Positions 38,900 through 50,586 of a DNA stretch of 64,000 nucleotides are shown here, one piece after another. The DNA is taken from the NCBI GenBank assembly GCA_965232875.1, contig OZ247431.1:1720376-1784375 (forward strand), given 5' to 3'. The notes beneath the pieces are model-generated. The model was given only the letters and a program-made list of their open reading frames with translations. It was not told the origin of the DNA and did no database searches. Within the stretch, counting starts at the first letter, position 1. Each line of letters opens with the position of its first letter. Position numbers and translations under genes: made by a program. This stretch comes from Dehalococcoidia bacterium. GTDB taxonomy: Bacteria; Chloroflexota; Dehalococcoidia; Bin125.

Positions 38900-39217
38900 T
38901 TACCAGGGGTCGTCGTCCTCTTCGAGCGGGTCTTCCTCCTGGAGCAGCAGCAGGCTGGGCGCAGGTTCCCGCGTGAAGCGGGAAGTGGAAGCGCCTTCGG
39001 GGGTGTCGTAGAGGTCGCGGAGCTTGTGGCGGGCGACGTCGTAGGGGTCGGTGGTCAGGTAGAGTTGGTGGTTGAGACGGGCTTGGGGGTTGGTGGGGGC
39101 GAAGAGTTCGCGGACGATGGTGTCGAGGGCTTTGACGCGGAGGTAGCCGGGGTTGTGTTCGGCGGAGCGTCGCCAGAGGCGGTCGATCCTGGCTCGGAGG
39201 TGGTAGGGGTTGGGCAT
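38900..39217 (-). CDS. Hypothetical 105-aa protein upstream of sdhA
   Basis: Intact ORF, AT-richer, acidic C-terminal tail. No recognisable family. Confidence 0.3.
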   Translation of the reverse strand: MPNPYHLRARIDRLWRRSAEHNPGYLRVKALDTIVRELFAPTNPQARLNHQLYLTTDPYDVARHKLRDLYDTPEGASTSRFTREPAPSLLLLQEEDPLEEDDDPW

Positions 39218-39290
39218 GGGGTGTCCTTTGGGGTTTGGGTAGTATGTATGTTCTGAATATATCAGAGTTGGGTGTGACCAGGTTGTCGGG

Positions 39291-39916
39291 GGGAGATCGC
39301 GTGGCGTCGGCTGGGGGACGGCTGGCGAGTGTCCGTTGATGGGCTTGGATGGTTCGTGATTCCTGCCTACGCAGGAATGACGGAGGGGAGATCGCGTGGC
39401 GGCGGCTGGGGAACGGCTGGCGAGCGTCGCCGTTGATGGGCTTGGATGGTTCGTGATTCCTGCCTACGCAGGAATGACGGAGGGAGGCCAGGAATGACGG
39501 AGGGGAGATCGCGTGGCGGCGGCTGGGGGACGGCTGGCGAGCGTCGCCGTTGATGGGCTTGGATGGTTCGTGATTCCTGCCTACGCAGGAATGACGGAGG
39601 GAGGCCGGGAATGACGGAAGGGAGATCGCGTGGCGGCGGCTGGGGGACGGCTGGCGAGCGTCGCCGTTGATGGGTTTGGATGGTTCGTGATTCCTGCCTA
39701 CGCAGGAATGACGGAGGGAGGGCAGGAGTGACGGGAGGGGAGGGCGGGAATGACGGAGGGGAGATCGCGTGGCGGCGGCTGGGGGACGGCTGGCGAGCGT
39801 CGCCGTTGATGGGCTTGGGTGGTTCGTGATTCCTGCCTATGCAAGGAATGACGGAGGGAGGGCAGGAATGACGGAGGGAGGGCGGGAATGACGGAGGGAG
39901 GGCAGGGAGCGGCGGG
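39291..39916. repeat. Nested tandem repeat array: 5 copies of an about 95-97-bp unit, followed by 0,1,1,2,3 copies of a 20-bp sub-repeat GGAGGGCAGGAATGACGGAG
   Basis: Unit GGGAGATCGCGTGGCGGCGGCTGGGGGACGGCTGGCGAGCGTCGCCGTTGATGGGCTTGGATGGTTCGTGATTCCTGCCTACGCAGGAATGACGGAG. Each unit ends in the hairpin ATTCCTGC-CTAC-GCAGGAAT. No ORF of 60 aa or more in any frame. Confidence 0.85.
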
Positions 39917-40068
39917 CGCTGGGTCTGAGGGTAGCTGGGTGGGGTTGTGGTTGGATGTGCGGGGTGGTGCAGCCGGGGAGCCCCTCCTTCAGCCCCCGTT
40001 CAAGCCGGGGGCAGGCTCTTCGGCAGCTTCCCCCGCAAGGGGAGGGGCGAGGGGATTGGAGGGGGTTG

Positions 40069-40671
40069 TTACTCCTGGCCTCGGTAGTGACGGACGATTT
40101 TGCGTCCCAGCGGACCGACCGCTTCGAGTGCCAGGTACTGGATCAAGATGACCGATTTGGCGTCAATGATCTCGCCTGCTTCGACGCGTTCAATCGCCTC
40201 GCCGAGCGGCATCCACTCGACGATCAGTTCCTCATCTTCGTCGGCCTGGAGTGGCGCTTCCACGCAGTCGCGGGCAATGAATCCATGCAGGAATTCATTG
40301 GCGAAGCCGGGGGCGACGTAGAACCCTCGAGCGAAATCAAGCCGGGCCGGATCGAGACCCACTTCCTCTCGCAGCTCGCGGCGCGCAGTCTCGGTGGGCG
40401 ACTCTCCTGGATCGACGCGGCCCGCCGGTAGTTCGAGCAAGGGCCGACCCGTGGCGTGTCGCCACTGACGCACGAATGCGATATTGCCATCCTCTCGGAG
40501 CGCGAGGATGACGACCGCATCGGGATGCTCGACGACTTCTCGCCGAGTCTTGCGACCGTCGGCCATTTCGACGTCGTCGACGCGCACTTTAATTCTGGAG
40601 CCGTCGAACACCTGCTTCGATTCGAGCACGGTCTCGGTGAGGGAGTCGAGCGGGTTGGCCATTGCCCTCAC
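40069..40671 (-). CDS. NUDIX hydrolase (ADP-ribose pyrophosphatase-like)
   Basis: Nudix box …GRVDPGESPTETARRELREEVGL…. Confidence 0.8.
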   Translation of the reverse strand: MRAMANPLDSLTETVLESKQVFDGSRIKVRVDDVEMADGRKTRREVVEHPDAVVILALREDGNIAFVRQWRHATGRPLLELPAGRVDPGESPTETARRELREEVGLDPARLDFARGFYVAPGFANEFLHGFIARDCVEAPLQADEDEELIVEWMPLGEAIERVEAGEIIDAKSVILIQYLALEAVGPLGRKIVRHYRGQE

Positions 40672-40700
40672 CCTAACCCTCTCCCAGAGGGAGAGGGGAC
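40665..40700. repeat. REP-like palindromic element, identical 36-mer to 8750-8785
   Basis: CCCTCACCCTAACCCTCTCCCAGAGGGAGAGGGGAC. Confidence 0.8.
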
Positions 40701-40704
40701 AATG

Positions 40705-41298
40705 TTACGTGTTGAGCCGGTCGCGCAGGTCAATAGTGACGGCGATCTCGTCGCAGGCGTCGTACTTGGGACAGCGAAAACACTCGTTCCAGACTTTGCG
40801 CGGGAATGCCGAGACGCCTGAGATGCGGAATCCGAGTCGCTCAAAGAAGGCGGGCGTCGTGGTCAGGGCGAATACGGTCTTCAGACCCATGTCGACGGCC
40901 TCATCCAGGCACGCGTCAACAATGATGCGCCCAAGCCCGCGACCCTGCGTCCCCGGATCGACGACGAGCGATTTGATCTCGGCCAGGTCTTTCCACTCGA
41001 CGTGCAATGCTCCAGCGGCGAGCAGTCGTCGCTTGCCGGGATCTCGCACTACGACGAAATCGCGAATGGTTTCGTAGATTTCGCCCTCAGTACGGGGAAG
41101 CACGTCTCCGGTGGTCTCGAACCAGTACTGGATCAACCGATGAATCTCTGGAGCGTCACCGACGTTGGCCGCCTCTGCAAACAGCGGCGCCTCGACGGCC
41201 ACGCTGAGGTCTGCGGAGATGTCCTGAAGCGCGTGAACTTCGGAGGCTCGTTGCCGGACGGTCGCGGCGGGAGTAGGGCCGAGTGCTTCGGATGTCAT
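40705..41298 (-). CDS. GNAT-family N-acetyltransferase (short ArgA-like amino-acid N-acetyltransferase)
   Basis: …VVDPGTQGRGLGRIIVDACLDEA… acetyl-CoA binding motif. Confidence 0.7.
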   Translation of the reverse strand: MTSEALGPTPAATVRQRASEVHALQDISADLSVAVEAPLFAEAANVGDAPEIHRLIQYWFETTGDVLPRTEGEIYETIRDFVVVRDPGKRRLLAAGALHVEWKDLAEIKSLVVDPGTQGRGLGRIIVDACLDEAVDMGLKTVFALTTTPAFFERLGFRISGVSAFPRKVWNECFRCPKYDACDEIAVTIDLRDRLNT

Positions 41299-43040
41299 GA
41301 CGCGACTGCCGCGTGCAGAAGGTCGGAGGCGCTGGCGCGGTTGGCCTCGCTCAGTCCGCCGAGCATCTCGGCAAGTTCGACGACGCGCTCGTCATTCGAC
41401 AACTGGCGAACATCGACGCTCGTGCGCGATGCATCGGCGGACTTGCTCACCGTGATGTGATCGGAGGCTCGAGCCGCGACCTGGGGTAGATGCGTAATGC
41501 AGATCACCTGTCGATGCTCTCCCAGGCGAGCCAATCGCTCGCCAATCATGCCACCGCTGCGGCCACCGAGGCCGACATCGACCTCGTCGAAGACCATCAA
41601 CGGTACTACGTCACTTTCGCCCAAGACGGCCTTGATTGCCAATGTCAGGCGCGCAGTCTCGCCCCCTGAGGCTACGCGCTGTATCGGGCGCGGCGGAGCA
41701 TCGGGATTGAACGCGACGAGCAGATTGATCTGATCGATGCCGGTCTGGTCAAAGGCAACAGAATCCTCACCAATTTGAAGCAATCGAGCACCCGCCGAGG
41801 ATAAGACCGGCTCAAACTGAAACTCAAGCTGAGCGTTCGGTAGACGCAATGCTTCGCATTCCGCGAGCACCGTTCCTGCAAGCCGTTTCGCTGCGGAGCG
41901 ACGCTGCTGGCTAAGTTCACTCGCAGCGTCGGCAATTGATGCAGCGAGCTGCTCCGCTTCCTGGGCCAATGATTCGCTGTCGGCCGATTCCTGCTCCAAC
42001 CGCTCCGCCTCGGATTGCGCCTCTTCCCCGTAGGTGATGATTTCTGGGATCGTGTCGCCCCAACGACGCTTCATATCGGCGATCTGCGCGATGCGCGATT
42101 CCACTTCGTCCAGTCGTTCCGGATCGAGTTCGACTTGCTCTGCATACGCGCGCAAGGAACGCACGGCTTCGGCCGCCTGTTCGGCAGCAGCCTCGATCGA
42201 TAGCGAGATCGGCTCTGCCGATGCGTCAATCTCTGCAATGCGGCGAAGGGCGCTGAGCGCGTCGCCCAGAGAATCTGATTGCAGCGCTTCTTGCGCAGAC
42301 GCCGCGTCGGCGGCCAGCGTTTGCGCGTTGACGAGTCGGCGGTGCAGATTCTGGAGTTGTTCGTCCTCACCCACTTGCAACGCCGCGGCTGCAATCTCGG
42401 AGGCTTCGTGGCGCAGCAGCGCGATCCGCCGGACTCGTTCACGTTCGTTAGTGGACTGGTCGGCAAGTTGACGATCCAGCGTGTTGAGCCGCCGGACCAT
42501 CGCCGAGATCGCATCGCGCTGATGATCGACGCCGGCAAAGCGATCCAGCAGGAGCAGTTGTTCCCTGGGCCGGAGCAGCGACAGGTGTTCCCGCTGACCA
42601 TGGATGTCGGCAAGGATCGGCGCCAGTGCTCGCAGGACACCGACGGTCGCTGCACGATCGTTCATACGCAGGCGGCCACCGAGGCGAGTTGATCCACCCA
42701 TCGGTCGGTTGACGTTGCGCCGGATGATGAGTTCGCCGTCGAAGGGAACATCGGCATCGGAGAGGATTCGCGCGACCGGGCCGTAGGCGTCGCTGTCGGC
42801 CAGATCGAAGATTGCTTCCACTTCAGCGGTGTCGGCGCCGGAGCGGATCATCTCAATGTCGGTGGGCGCCCCGAGCGCGAATGCCAGGGCCTGGATCAAG
42901 ACGCTCTTACCGGCGCCGGTCTCTCCGGTGATCACCGTGAATCCATGTCCGAGGTCGAGGTCGACGCGGTCAGCCAGCGCGAAGTCACGCAGGTGCAGGC
43001 CGATCAACACCGTCGGTCTCCTTCGGTCGCTGCGCACCAA
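41295..43040 (-). CDS. recN: DNA repair protein RecN
   Basis: N-terminal Walker A …FTVITGETGAGKSVLIQAL…, coiled-coil middle, C-terminal SMC signature. 581 aa. Confidence 0.9.
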   Translation of the reverse strand: MVRSDRRRPTVLIGLHLRDFALADRVDLDLGHGFTVITGETGAGKSVLIQALAFALGAPTDIEMIRSGADTAEVEAIFDLADSDAYGPVARILSDADVPFDGELIIRRNVNRPMGGSTRLGGRLRMNDRAATVGVLRALAPILADIHGQREHLSLLRPREQLLLLDRFAGVDHQRDAISAMVRRLNTLDRQLADQSTNERERVRRIALLRHEASEIAAAALQVGEDEQLQNLHRRLVNAQTLAADAASAQEALQSDSLGDALSALRRIAEIDASAEPISLSIEAAAEQAAEAVRSLRAYAEQVELDPERLDEVESRIAQIADMKRRWGDTIPEIITYGEEAQSEAERLEQESADSESLAQEAEQLAASIADAASELSQQRRSAAKRLAGTVLAECEALRLPNAQLEFQFEPVLSSAGARLLQIGEDSVAFDQTGIDQINLLVAFNPDAPPRPIQRVASGGETARLTLAIKAVLGESDVVPLMVFDEVDVGLGGRSGGMIGERLARLGEHRQVICITHLPQVAARASDHITVSKSADASRTSVDVRQLSNDERVVELAEMLGGLSEANRASASDLLHAAVAS

Positions 43041-43098
43041 CGCGCATTTTGGATCACATGTTCATCTTAACGGAATCGGGACTGTCTTCAGTCGAGAA

Positions 43099-44031
43099 CT
43101 ATGAAGGGTCGGCCGTCTTTGCGTCAAACGCTTCAACTCCAGTACGAGAGACGGCCTCCAGCCGTCGCTCGTCCAGCCACCCCAGCCGTCTGCCCAGTTG
43201 CGCAAAGAACGAACGTTCACCGAAGCGGACTAACTGCGCCAGCGATTCGCTCCGCTGCACCTGCACGCCGCCGCCGGGCTTGAGCGGATATGGTCGCTGG
43301 CCGTCGACAGAGAGCGATCCCGGGTGTTCGCGCCCCAGGCGCAACTCAATCACCGCGTCGGCAGGCAACACGACGGGGGCAGCTTGGGCCAGGTGCGGCG
43401 CGACCGGCGTCATCACGACGCTGCGTGCCTGCGGATGCAGGATCGGTCCACCAGCGGAGAGCGAGTATCCGGTGCTGCCTGTCGCCGAGGCCACAACCAC
43501 CGCGTCGGCGCGGACGACGCCGACCAGGTCGTCGCCAACCCAGACTGCGATGTAGGCCGGCTGTCCAAGGCTGCCGCGGCCGATCATGACGTCGTTGAGC
43601 GCGGGCAGCACCTCCGGCGCGTCACCTTCGACGCCGATCGGGCGAGCCTCAAGCATGGTGCGGCTCTCAACCACGAAGTCGCCACTCAGTAGGTCGGGGA
43701 TACGCTCGTCTACCTGTTCCGGCAGCAGCTCGGTGAGAAAGGCCTGGCGGCCCAGGTCAACGCCGAGAATCAGGCAGTCATGGCCAACCGTCGCGCGGGC
43801 GGCGCGGAGGATGGTGCCGTCGCCACCCAGACAGATCAACAGGTCGGTCTCGTGAAGGCGCTCGGTCGATCGCTCCGGCTCCCATGGGGCAGAGATCCAG
43901 ACCTCGCGACCAAGGCGTTGCAGCGTTGTTGCAACATCGTCCGCCATCTCTCGCGCCTCGTCGAGGCGTGGGTGATAGTAGATGCCGACGCATTGAATCT
44001 TGGTCACGGTGTACGCAGCCAGACGAACCAC
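43099..44031 (-). CDS. nadK: NAD(+) kinase
   Basis: …LGGDGTILRAAR… GGDG motif and NadK-like length. Confidence 0.85.
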   Translation of the reverse strand: MVRLAAYTVTKIQCVGIYYHPRLDEAREMADDVATTLQRLGREVWISAPWEPERSTERLHETDLLICLGGDGTILRAARATVGHDCLILGVDLGRQAFLTELLPEQVDERIPDLLSGDFVVESRTMLEARPIGVEGDAPEVLPALNDVMIGRGSLGQPAYIAVWVGDDLVGVVRADAVVVASATGSTGYSLSAGGPILHPQARSVVMTPVAPHLAQAAPVVLPADAVIELRLGREHPGSLSVDGQRPYPLKPGGGVQVQRSESLAQLVRFGERSFFAQLGRRLGWLDERRLEAVSRTGVEAFDAKTADPS

Positions 44032-44755
44032 TCGTGATTGCCAGCAGGACCAGTCAACGGCGACTTGAGCACCCCGCCAACACGCCAGCCCTGCTCGATG
44101 GCCCAGGTGACTACGCTGCTGACCGCTCGTCCCTGAGCCAGTCGGTTGGTGACGACGCCACGCTCGTCAACATCATCAGGCGTAGCTTCAAACTGTGGTT
44201 TGACAAGCGCAATCACGTCCGAGCCCCGCTCAACGATGCTCGCGACGCAGGGCAGCACCTGCTGTAAGCCGATGAATGAGACATCAATGGTGGTCAGAGT
44301 CGGAATCTGTGGGAGCGCTGGAATCTCGCATACGTGCGTGCGCTCCAGCGAGGTCACACGGCTGTCATGCCTGAGTTCATCGGCTAGCTGGCCGTACCCG
44401 ACATCCACTGCAAACACGTGCGCAGCTCCGCGATGAAGCAGCAGGTCCGTGAAACCGCCGGTCGACGCCCCGACATCCATGCAGGTCAGGTCACGCGGCT
44501 CAATCGGCCAGGCGTCGAGCGCCGCGACCAGCTTCTCTCCGCCGCGCGACACGTAGCGCCGCGTCTCTTTGACTGTGAGGTCGGTGTCTGTAGCAATCTG
44601 CTGACCGGGCTGCGTGTATCGCTGGCTCGCGTCGTGGACACGACCGGCCATGATCAGGGCTCGAGCTGTAGGCAGGTCAGGAGCTGCGCCTCGTTGGACC
44701 AGGAGATCGTCAACCCGCGCTCGGCGGGTGCCCTCCACCGCTGAGGCGCGGGACA

Positions 44756-44756
<1 letters not shown>
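44004..44756 (-). CDS. tlyA: TlyA-family rRNA 2'-O-methyltransferase (hemolysin A-like)
   Basis: S4-like N-terminus …RVDDLLVQRG… and FtsJ-type …MDVGASTGGFTDLLL…. Start ATG overlaps the clpX stop (TAATG). Confidence 0.8.
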
Positions 44757-46087
<1,331 letters not shown>

Positions 46088-46175
46088 GAGCTGATGCCTC
46101 CCTGCTGCGCCTCAACGCCCCGGTGTTGGAGAGCTGTTGACATGTCGCGTCGAGCGGGGTCCGCCCGTTCAGATG

Positions 46176-46820
46176 CTACGCGCCTGCGGCTGCCGCTGCA
46201 TCTCCTCCGGCCTCGCTGGCGAGGACGGAATCGACCAGGCCGTACTCCATCGCCTGCTCGGCGTCGAGGTAGAAGTCACGGTCCGTGTCGGCGGCGATCC
46301 GGTCGAGCGGCTGGCCGGTGTGCCTGGCCAGAATCTCGCGGATCGTCTCGTTGTTGCGCAGGATTTCACGAGCGGCGATTTCGATGTCAGACGCCTGTCC
46401 GCGAGCGCCGCCAAGCGCCTGATGCATGTGAATCGTGGCGTGCGGCAGGGCAAAGCGCTTGCCAGACGCACCGGCGGAGAGCAGCACGGTGCCCATCGAG
46501 GCCGACATGCCAACGCAGATCGTCGAAACATCCGCCTTGATCAGCTGCATCGTGTCGTAGATCGCCAGACCAGCGGTGATCACGCCACCGGGCGAGTTGA
46601 CGTAGAGCTGGATGTCGCGGTCGGGGTCTTCACGGTCGAGGTACAGAAGCTGCGCAACGATCACGTTTGCAATCTGGTCGTCGATCGGCGTGCCGAGGAA
46701 GATGATGCGCTCGCGCAGGAGCAGCGAGTAGATGTCGTAAGCACGTTCACCGCGGTTGGTCGTCTCGACCACCATCGGGATGATGTCGCTGGGGCGGGTC
46801 AGGGTGTTGCTCAGGGTCAT
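46176..46820 (-). CDS. clpP: ATP-dependent Clp protease proteolytic subunit ClpP
   Basis: …[12 protein letters not shown]… and catalytic …[10 protein letters not shown]…. Confidence 0.9.
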   Translation of the reverse strand: MTLSNTLTRPSDIIPMVVETTNRGERAYDIYSLLLRERIIFLGTPIDDQIANVIVAQLLYLDREDPDRDIQLYVNSPGGVITAGLAIYDTMQLIKADVSTICVGMSASMGTVLLSAGASGKRFALPHATIHMHQALGGARGQASDIEIAAREILRNNETIREILARHTGQPLDRIAADTDRDFYLDAEQAMEYGLVDSVLASEAGGDAAAAAGA

Positions 46821-46929
46821 GAAACCCTCCTTCGCGAGTTAAGTGTAATCACGATTTGTAAACGTGCGATTGCGCAGCGCACATCTTCGACTGGAACAGC
46901 GGACAGAAGCCACTTGCATATCGGGGCGG

Positions 46930-48312
46930 TTATTCCTCCGAGTCTGTCGAGTCTTCAGCGTTCTCGGTAGTCTCACCCTCGTCGCTCTGGATCGAGTCCT
47001 CGGCATCATCCGTTACGTCGTCCGAGACGCCCGCCTCGTGGTTGGCCAGAGCGATCTGTTGCAGGCGCTCAATCGTGCGTTCGCGGACGAGCCGCGCCTG
47101 CACATTGGCGCGGATGCCTTCGTCCTCCAGCATCTGTGCGGTCTGTTCCGGGTCCTGGGGCGGCATGGTGGCCAGCATTTGCTGCAGATCAGCAGTGATT
47201 TCTTCATCCAGGACCTGGATATCTTCCGCCTCGCCGACATGCTGCAAGACGAGCGTGTTGATCACGCGCTCGCTGGCCTGCGTGCGGAAACTGGCCAACA
47301 GTTGGTCGACCTGCTCGCTGCTGTTGCGCAGGAACGTGGCCGGGTCCTGCCCCATCTGGCGAGCGAAGTCCTGCCGCATGTGCTCGATCTCGTGTTCGAC
47401 CAACGCGGGCGGATACTCGAGCGTAGCCCGCTCGACCACGGCCTGCATGACCGCCTGGCTGAACTGCTCGTCGACCTGACGGTCGGTCTGCTCGCGCAGG
47501 CTCGAATCCATGCGTTCGCGCAGATCGGCGATCGTCTCGAACTCTTCCGAGACCTCCATGGCAAAGTCGTCATCCGGTTCGGGCAGTTCCTCCGACTTCA
47601 CATTATGGATGGTGACCGTGAAGCTGACGGTCTTGCCCGCGACTTCCTCGTCGTCCCAATCTTCGTCGACATCGATCGGAATCACATGCTCTTCGCCGAC
47701 AGCGACGCCGACGAGTTTCTCGCTGAGCCCCGGTACGCCAATGACCGCGCCTTCACGCAGATGAAACTCAGCGCCGGGCTGGTCAAGAATCTGTTCGCCG
47801 TCGACTTCCGCGCGGACATCGGCCGTAACTCGGTCGTTCAACTCGGGAGTTCGATCGACAGGCTCAAGCACGGCGTGCTGGCGACGCAGTTCGAGCAGTT
47901 GCTCTTCGAGCATCTCCTCGGAGTACTCACTCTCCGGCTTGGCGACGGCGATCTCGCGGTATTCGCCCAGCTCGACGACCGGGGACAATGGGACCGTCGC
48001 CGTGAAGGTGACCGGTTCCCGACCCGTAATCTCGACGCTTGGCTGCGCGACCGGTTCGAGTTCCTCTTGCTCCAGCGCCTTGGTCAGCGCCTGTGGAATC
48101 AGGCGTTCAGCGGCTTCTTCGAAGACGACGTCAGCGCCCAGCGCGCTCTCGACGACTCGTCGCGGCGCTTTGCCCTGGCGGAAGCCGGGGATACGGAAAC
48201 GTTGGGAGAGGCGGCGGGCGGCCTGGTCCAGAGACTTCTTGACCTGGGCGTCCTCAAGCTCGATTTCGAGCAGCATCTGCGCCTCGGGGATGCGTTCGGC
48301 AGTAACTTTCAT
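46930..48312 (-). CDS. tig: Trigger factor
   Basis: MKVTAERIPEAQMLLEIELE… and FKBP-type middle domain. tig-clpP-clpX arrangement. Confidence 0.9.
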   Translation of the reverse strand: MKVTAERIPEAQMLLEIELEDAQVKKSLDQAARRLSQRFRIPGFRQGKAPRRVVESALGADVVFEEAAERLIPQALTKALEQEELEPVAQPSVEITGREPVTFTATVPLSPVVELGEYREIAVAKPESEYSEEMLEEQLLELRRQHAVLEPVDRTPELNDRVTADVRAEVDGEQILDQPGAEFHLREGAVIGVPGLSEKLVGVAVGEEHVIPIDVDEDWDDEEVAGKTVSFTVTIHNVKSEELPEPDDDFAMEVSEEFETIADLRERMDSSLREQTDRQVDEQFSQAVMQAVVERATLEYPPALVEHEIEHMRQDFARQMGQDPATFLRNSSEQVDQLLASFRTQASERVINTLVLQHVGEAEDIQVLDEEITADLQQMLATMPPQDPEQTAQMLEDEGIRANVQARLVRERTIERLQQIALANHEAGVSDDVTDDAEDSIQSDEGETTENAEDSTDSEE

Positions 48313-48387
48313 CGGACATCTTTCATCGCCCGACCATTGCGGGCATAGCTGCGGCTGAGCATATCAGCGACACGCGCAAACACCGGT

Positions 48388-49554
48388 CTAGCGCCCGCGA
48401 GGATTCAATACATCATTGAGGGCATCGCCAAGCAGGTTGAAGGCGAGCATCAGCACCAGAAGAAAGGCGAAGGGCACAGCCATGAGCCATGGATAGAGCA
48501 GCAGCGATGTCCGTCCGCCTGCATTCTCCACCATAATTCCGAAGGACGGCGTCGGCGGAGTAATGCCGATGCCGAGCCAGGTCAAGACGACCTCGGCCCC
48601 AGCAATTTCACCCAGCGACGCACTGAAGCCAACGATGAACCAAGGCAGGATGCCAGGGAAGAGATGGCGGACAAGGACGCGCGGTGTTCGCGCTCCGAGC
48701 GTCTCGGCAGCCAGGATGTAGTCGGATTCTCTAAGCGCCAACACTTGCGCTCGATAGAACCTTGCCGACCCTCCCCAGCCGACCAACGAGGTAGCAAACA
48801 CGATCAACACGTAGTCGTCAACTCCCTGTGCAATCAGCCATCCTTGGCCAGTGAAGTCTTCAATCGCCCGAAACCAGTCCTCCCATTGATCACGAAACAC
48901 CGCAACAATCACAATCAGGAACAAGAGGCCGGGCATCGCCAGCAAGACATCGGCGATACGCATGATGATCTGGTCGACCAGTCCACCCCGATATCCGGCG
49001 AGCAAACCAAGCCCCAGACCCAGGAACAGATTCCCGAATACCACTGAGATCACGCTGATGATCAGTGTGGTGCGCAAGGCGAACATGGCTCTTGCGAAGC
49101 CGTCGCGCCCATTACGGTCGGTACCGAACCAGTGACGCGACGACGGCCCTTGCAACGTCTCGTCACCGCTGAGGACCAGTTCCGTCCGTGCCGGTAAGAC
49201 CGTTTCTGGCGTCAGCGGGCCGAACTCCTCGACTACTTCGGGATTCAGCTCGGAGATCGTGGCAATCTGGACATCGAGCCTCTGCGTAAACGCACCCAGA
49301 GTCTCCGGTGTGCCGTCGACCTCGCGAATCGAGCGTCGCTGGCTCAGGTTGGAGACGGTAGGATCCTGCAGTCCGATGTCGACACCAAACGCATCGAGCA
49401 ACGTGTACGCGCCTGCGCCGTACAGAACGATGATGACGGCGATGCAGACGACCGCAATCTTTTTGCGCAGTATCGCCCGTAACCCACGCTTCCATGGCGA
49501 TTCAGACTTATCGGGCATCGCCCACTGCGGCTGAGCATCTGCTCGTACCGTCAT
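48388..49554 (-). CDS. ABC transporter permease (DppC/OppC-like) with N-terminal extension
   Basis: BPD_transp_1-type permease. 4-bp overlap with the upstream permease gene. Confidence 0.8.
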   Translation of the reverse strand: MTVRADAQPQWAMPDKSESPWKRGLRAILRKKIAVVCIAVIIVLYGAGAYTLLDAFGVDIGLQDPTVSNLSQRRSIREVDGTPETLGAFTQRLDVQIATISELNPEVVEEFGPLTPETVLPARTELVLSGDETLQGPSSRHWFGTDRNGRDGFARAMFALRTTLIISVISVVFGNLFLGLGLGLLAGYRGGLVDQIIMRIADVLLAMPGLLFLIVIVAVFRDQWEDWFRAIEDFTGQGWLIAQGVDDYVLIVFATSLVGWGGSARFYRAQVLALRESDYILAAETLGARTPRVLVRHLFPGILPWFIVGFSASLGEIAGAEVVLTWLGIGITPPTPSFGIMVENAGGRTSLLLYPWLMAVPFAFLLVLMLAFNLLGDALNDVLNPRGR

Positions 49555-50549
49555 GAGAACCGCGCCGTAAATCGGATGCGTGGATCGATGAAGATGTAAA
49601 GCACATCGATCAGCGCGTTCACAACGATGAACAGTGTCGCTGTGAGCAAGATGAAGCCAAGAATCACATTGAAATCGCGCTGTGTGATCGACTGGAACAT
49701 GAACGCGCCCACGCCTGGAACGCCATAAGCAGTCTCAATGATGATTGAACCGCCGATAATGCCAACGATCGATAGGCCGAATACGGTCGACAGGGGCAGC
49801 ATCGCATTGCGCAAGACGTGACCGTAGAGAATTCTCCGCTCGGTCAAACCCTTGGCTCGGGCGGTGCGAACGTAGTCGTCATCCATTGTGGATAGCGCGC
49901 TGATGCGGACGAATCGGGCCATGCCGCCAACCGAGGGCAGTGTCAAAGCGAGCACGGGAATGATGAAGGACGCAGGGTCAGCGGGTGTCCATACATTCGG
50001 CACATTGAACCCGACGAAATTGAACACGTTGCCCAGCCAGTTAACCATCAACGCGGCTACGAACACGATCAAGATCGGCGACGGTATTGAGTCGAAGAGT
50101 TTGAGGAAGGCAATCAGGGCGGGATCCTGCCAGCGTCCGCGATGGACTGCGGCATAGACACCCAGGGGGATGCCTAGTCCGAATACCAGCGCCATCACTA
50201 TCAAATTGATCTGCGCAGACACCCAAATGCGCTCACCGAGCAGTTCCTGTACCGAGCGCACGGGCGAACGATAATAGTACGACGGTCCCAGGTCGCCGCG
50301 GGACACGACGCCCCAGACGTAGCGGCCGAAGCGCTGGACGTAGTTGCCTTCGAGACCAAACTCTTCGCGGATCTGCTGTGCCCGTTCCGGTTCGATGTCA
50401 CGTGCGCCGGCAATGATCTTGACTGGATCACCAGGAGCCACGTGCGTCAGCGCATATGTAAGCGCCATGACGGCGAAGACGAGAATAGGCACCAGGAGCA
50501 ATCGCCGAATGAGGAGCGGAATTGCGCCTGATGTCATGGTTCGCCCCAC
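49551..50549 (-). CDS. ABC transporter permease (DppB/OppB-like)
   Basis: Typical OppB-like permease. Confidence 0.85.
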   Translation of the reverse strand: MGRTMTSGAIPLLIRRLLLVPILVFAVMALTYALTHVAPGDPVKIIAGARDIEPERAQQIREEFGLEGNYVQRFGRYVWGVVSRGDLGPSYYYRSPVRSVQELLGERIWVSAQINLIVMALVFGLGIPLGVYAAVHRGRWQDPALIAFLKLFDSIPSPILIVFVAALMVNWLGNVFNFVGFNVPNVWTPADPASFIIPVLALTLPSVGGMARFVRISALSTMDDDYVRTARAKGLTERRILYGHVLRNAMLPLSTVFGLSIVGIIGGSIIIETAYGVPGVGAFMFQSITQRDFNVILGFILLTATLFIVVNALIDVLYIFIDPRIRFTARFS

Positions 50550-50586
50550 CTACTCCGTGTGTGGGCGTCGAGGGTCGCCGTTGGAC

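Noticed and set aside
39340-39375. tRNA-like T-arm motif GGTTCGTGATTCC inside the repeat unit
   Set aside because: No complementary T-stem and no acceptor or anticodon arms can be folded around it.
39291-39916. Possible CRISPR array
   Set aside because: Whole units of about 95-140 bp are near-identical. There are no unique spacers between short repeats and no cas genes nearby. It is a tandem repeat, not CRISPR.
46864-48348. 494-aa plus-strand ORF
   Set aside because: Antisense to trigger factor.
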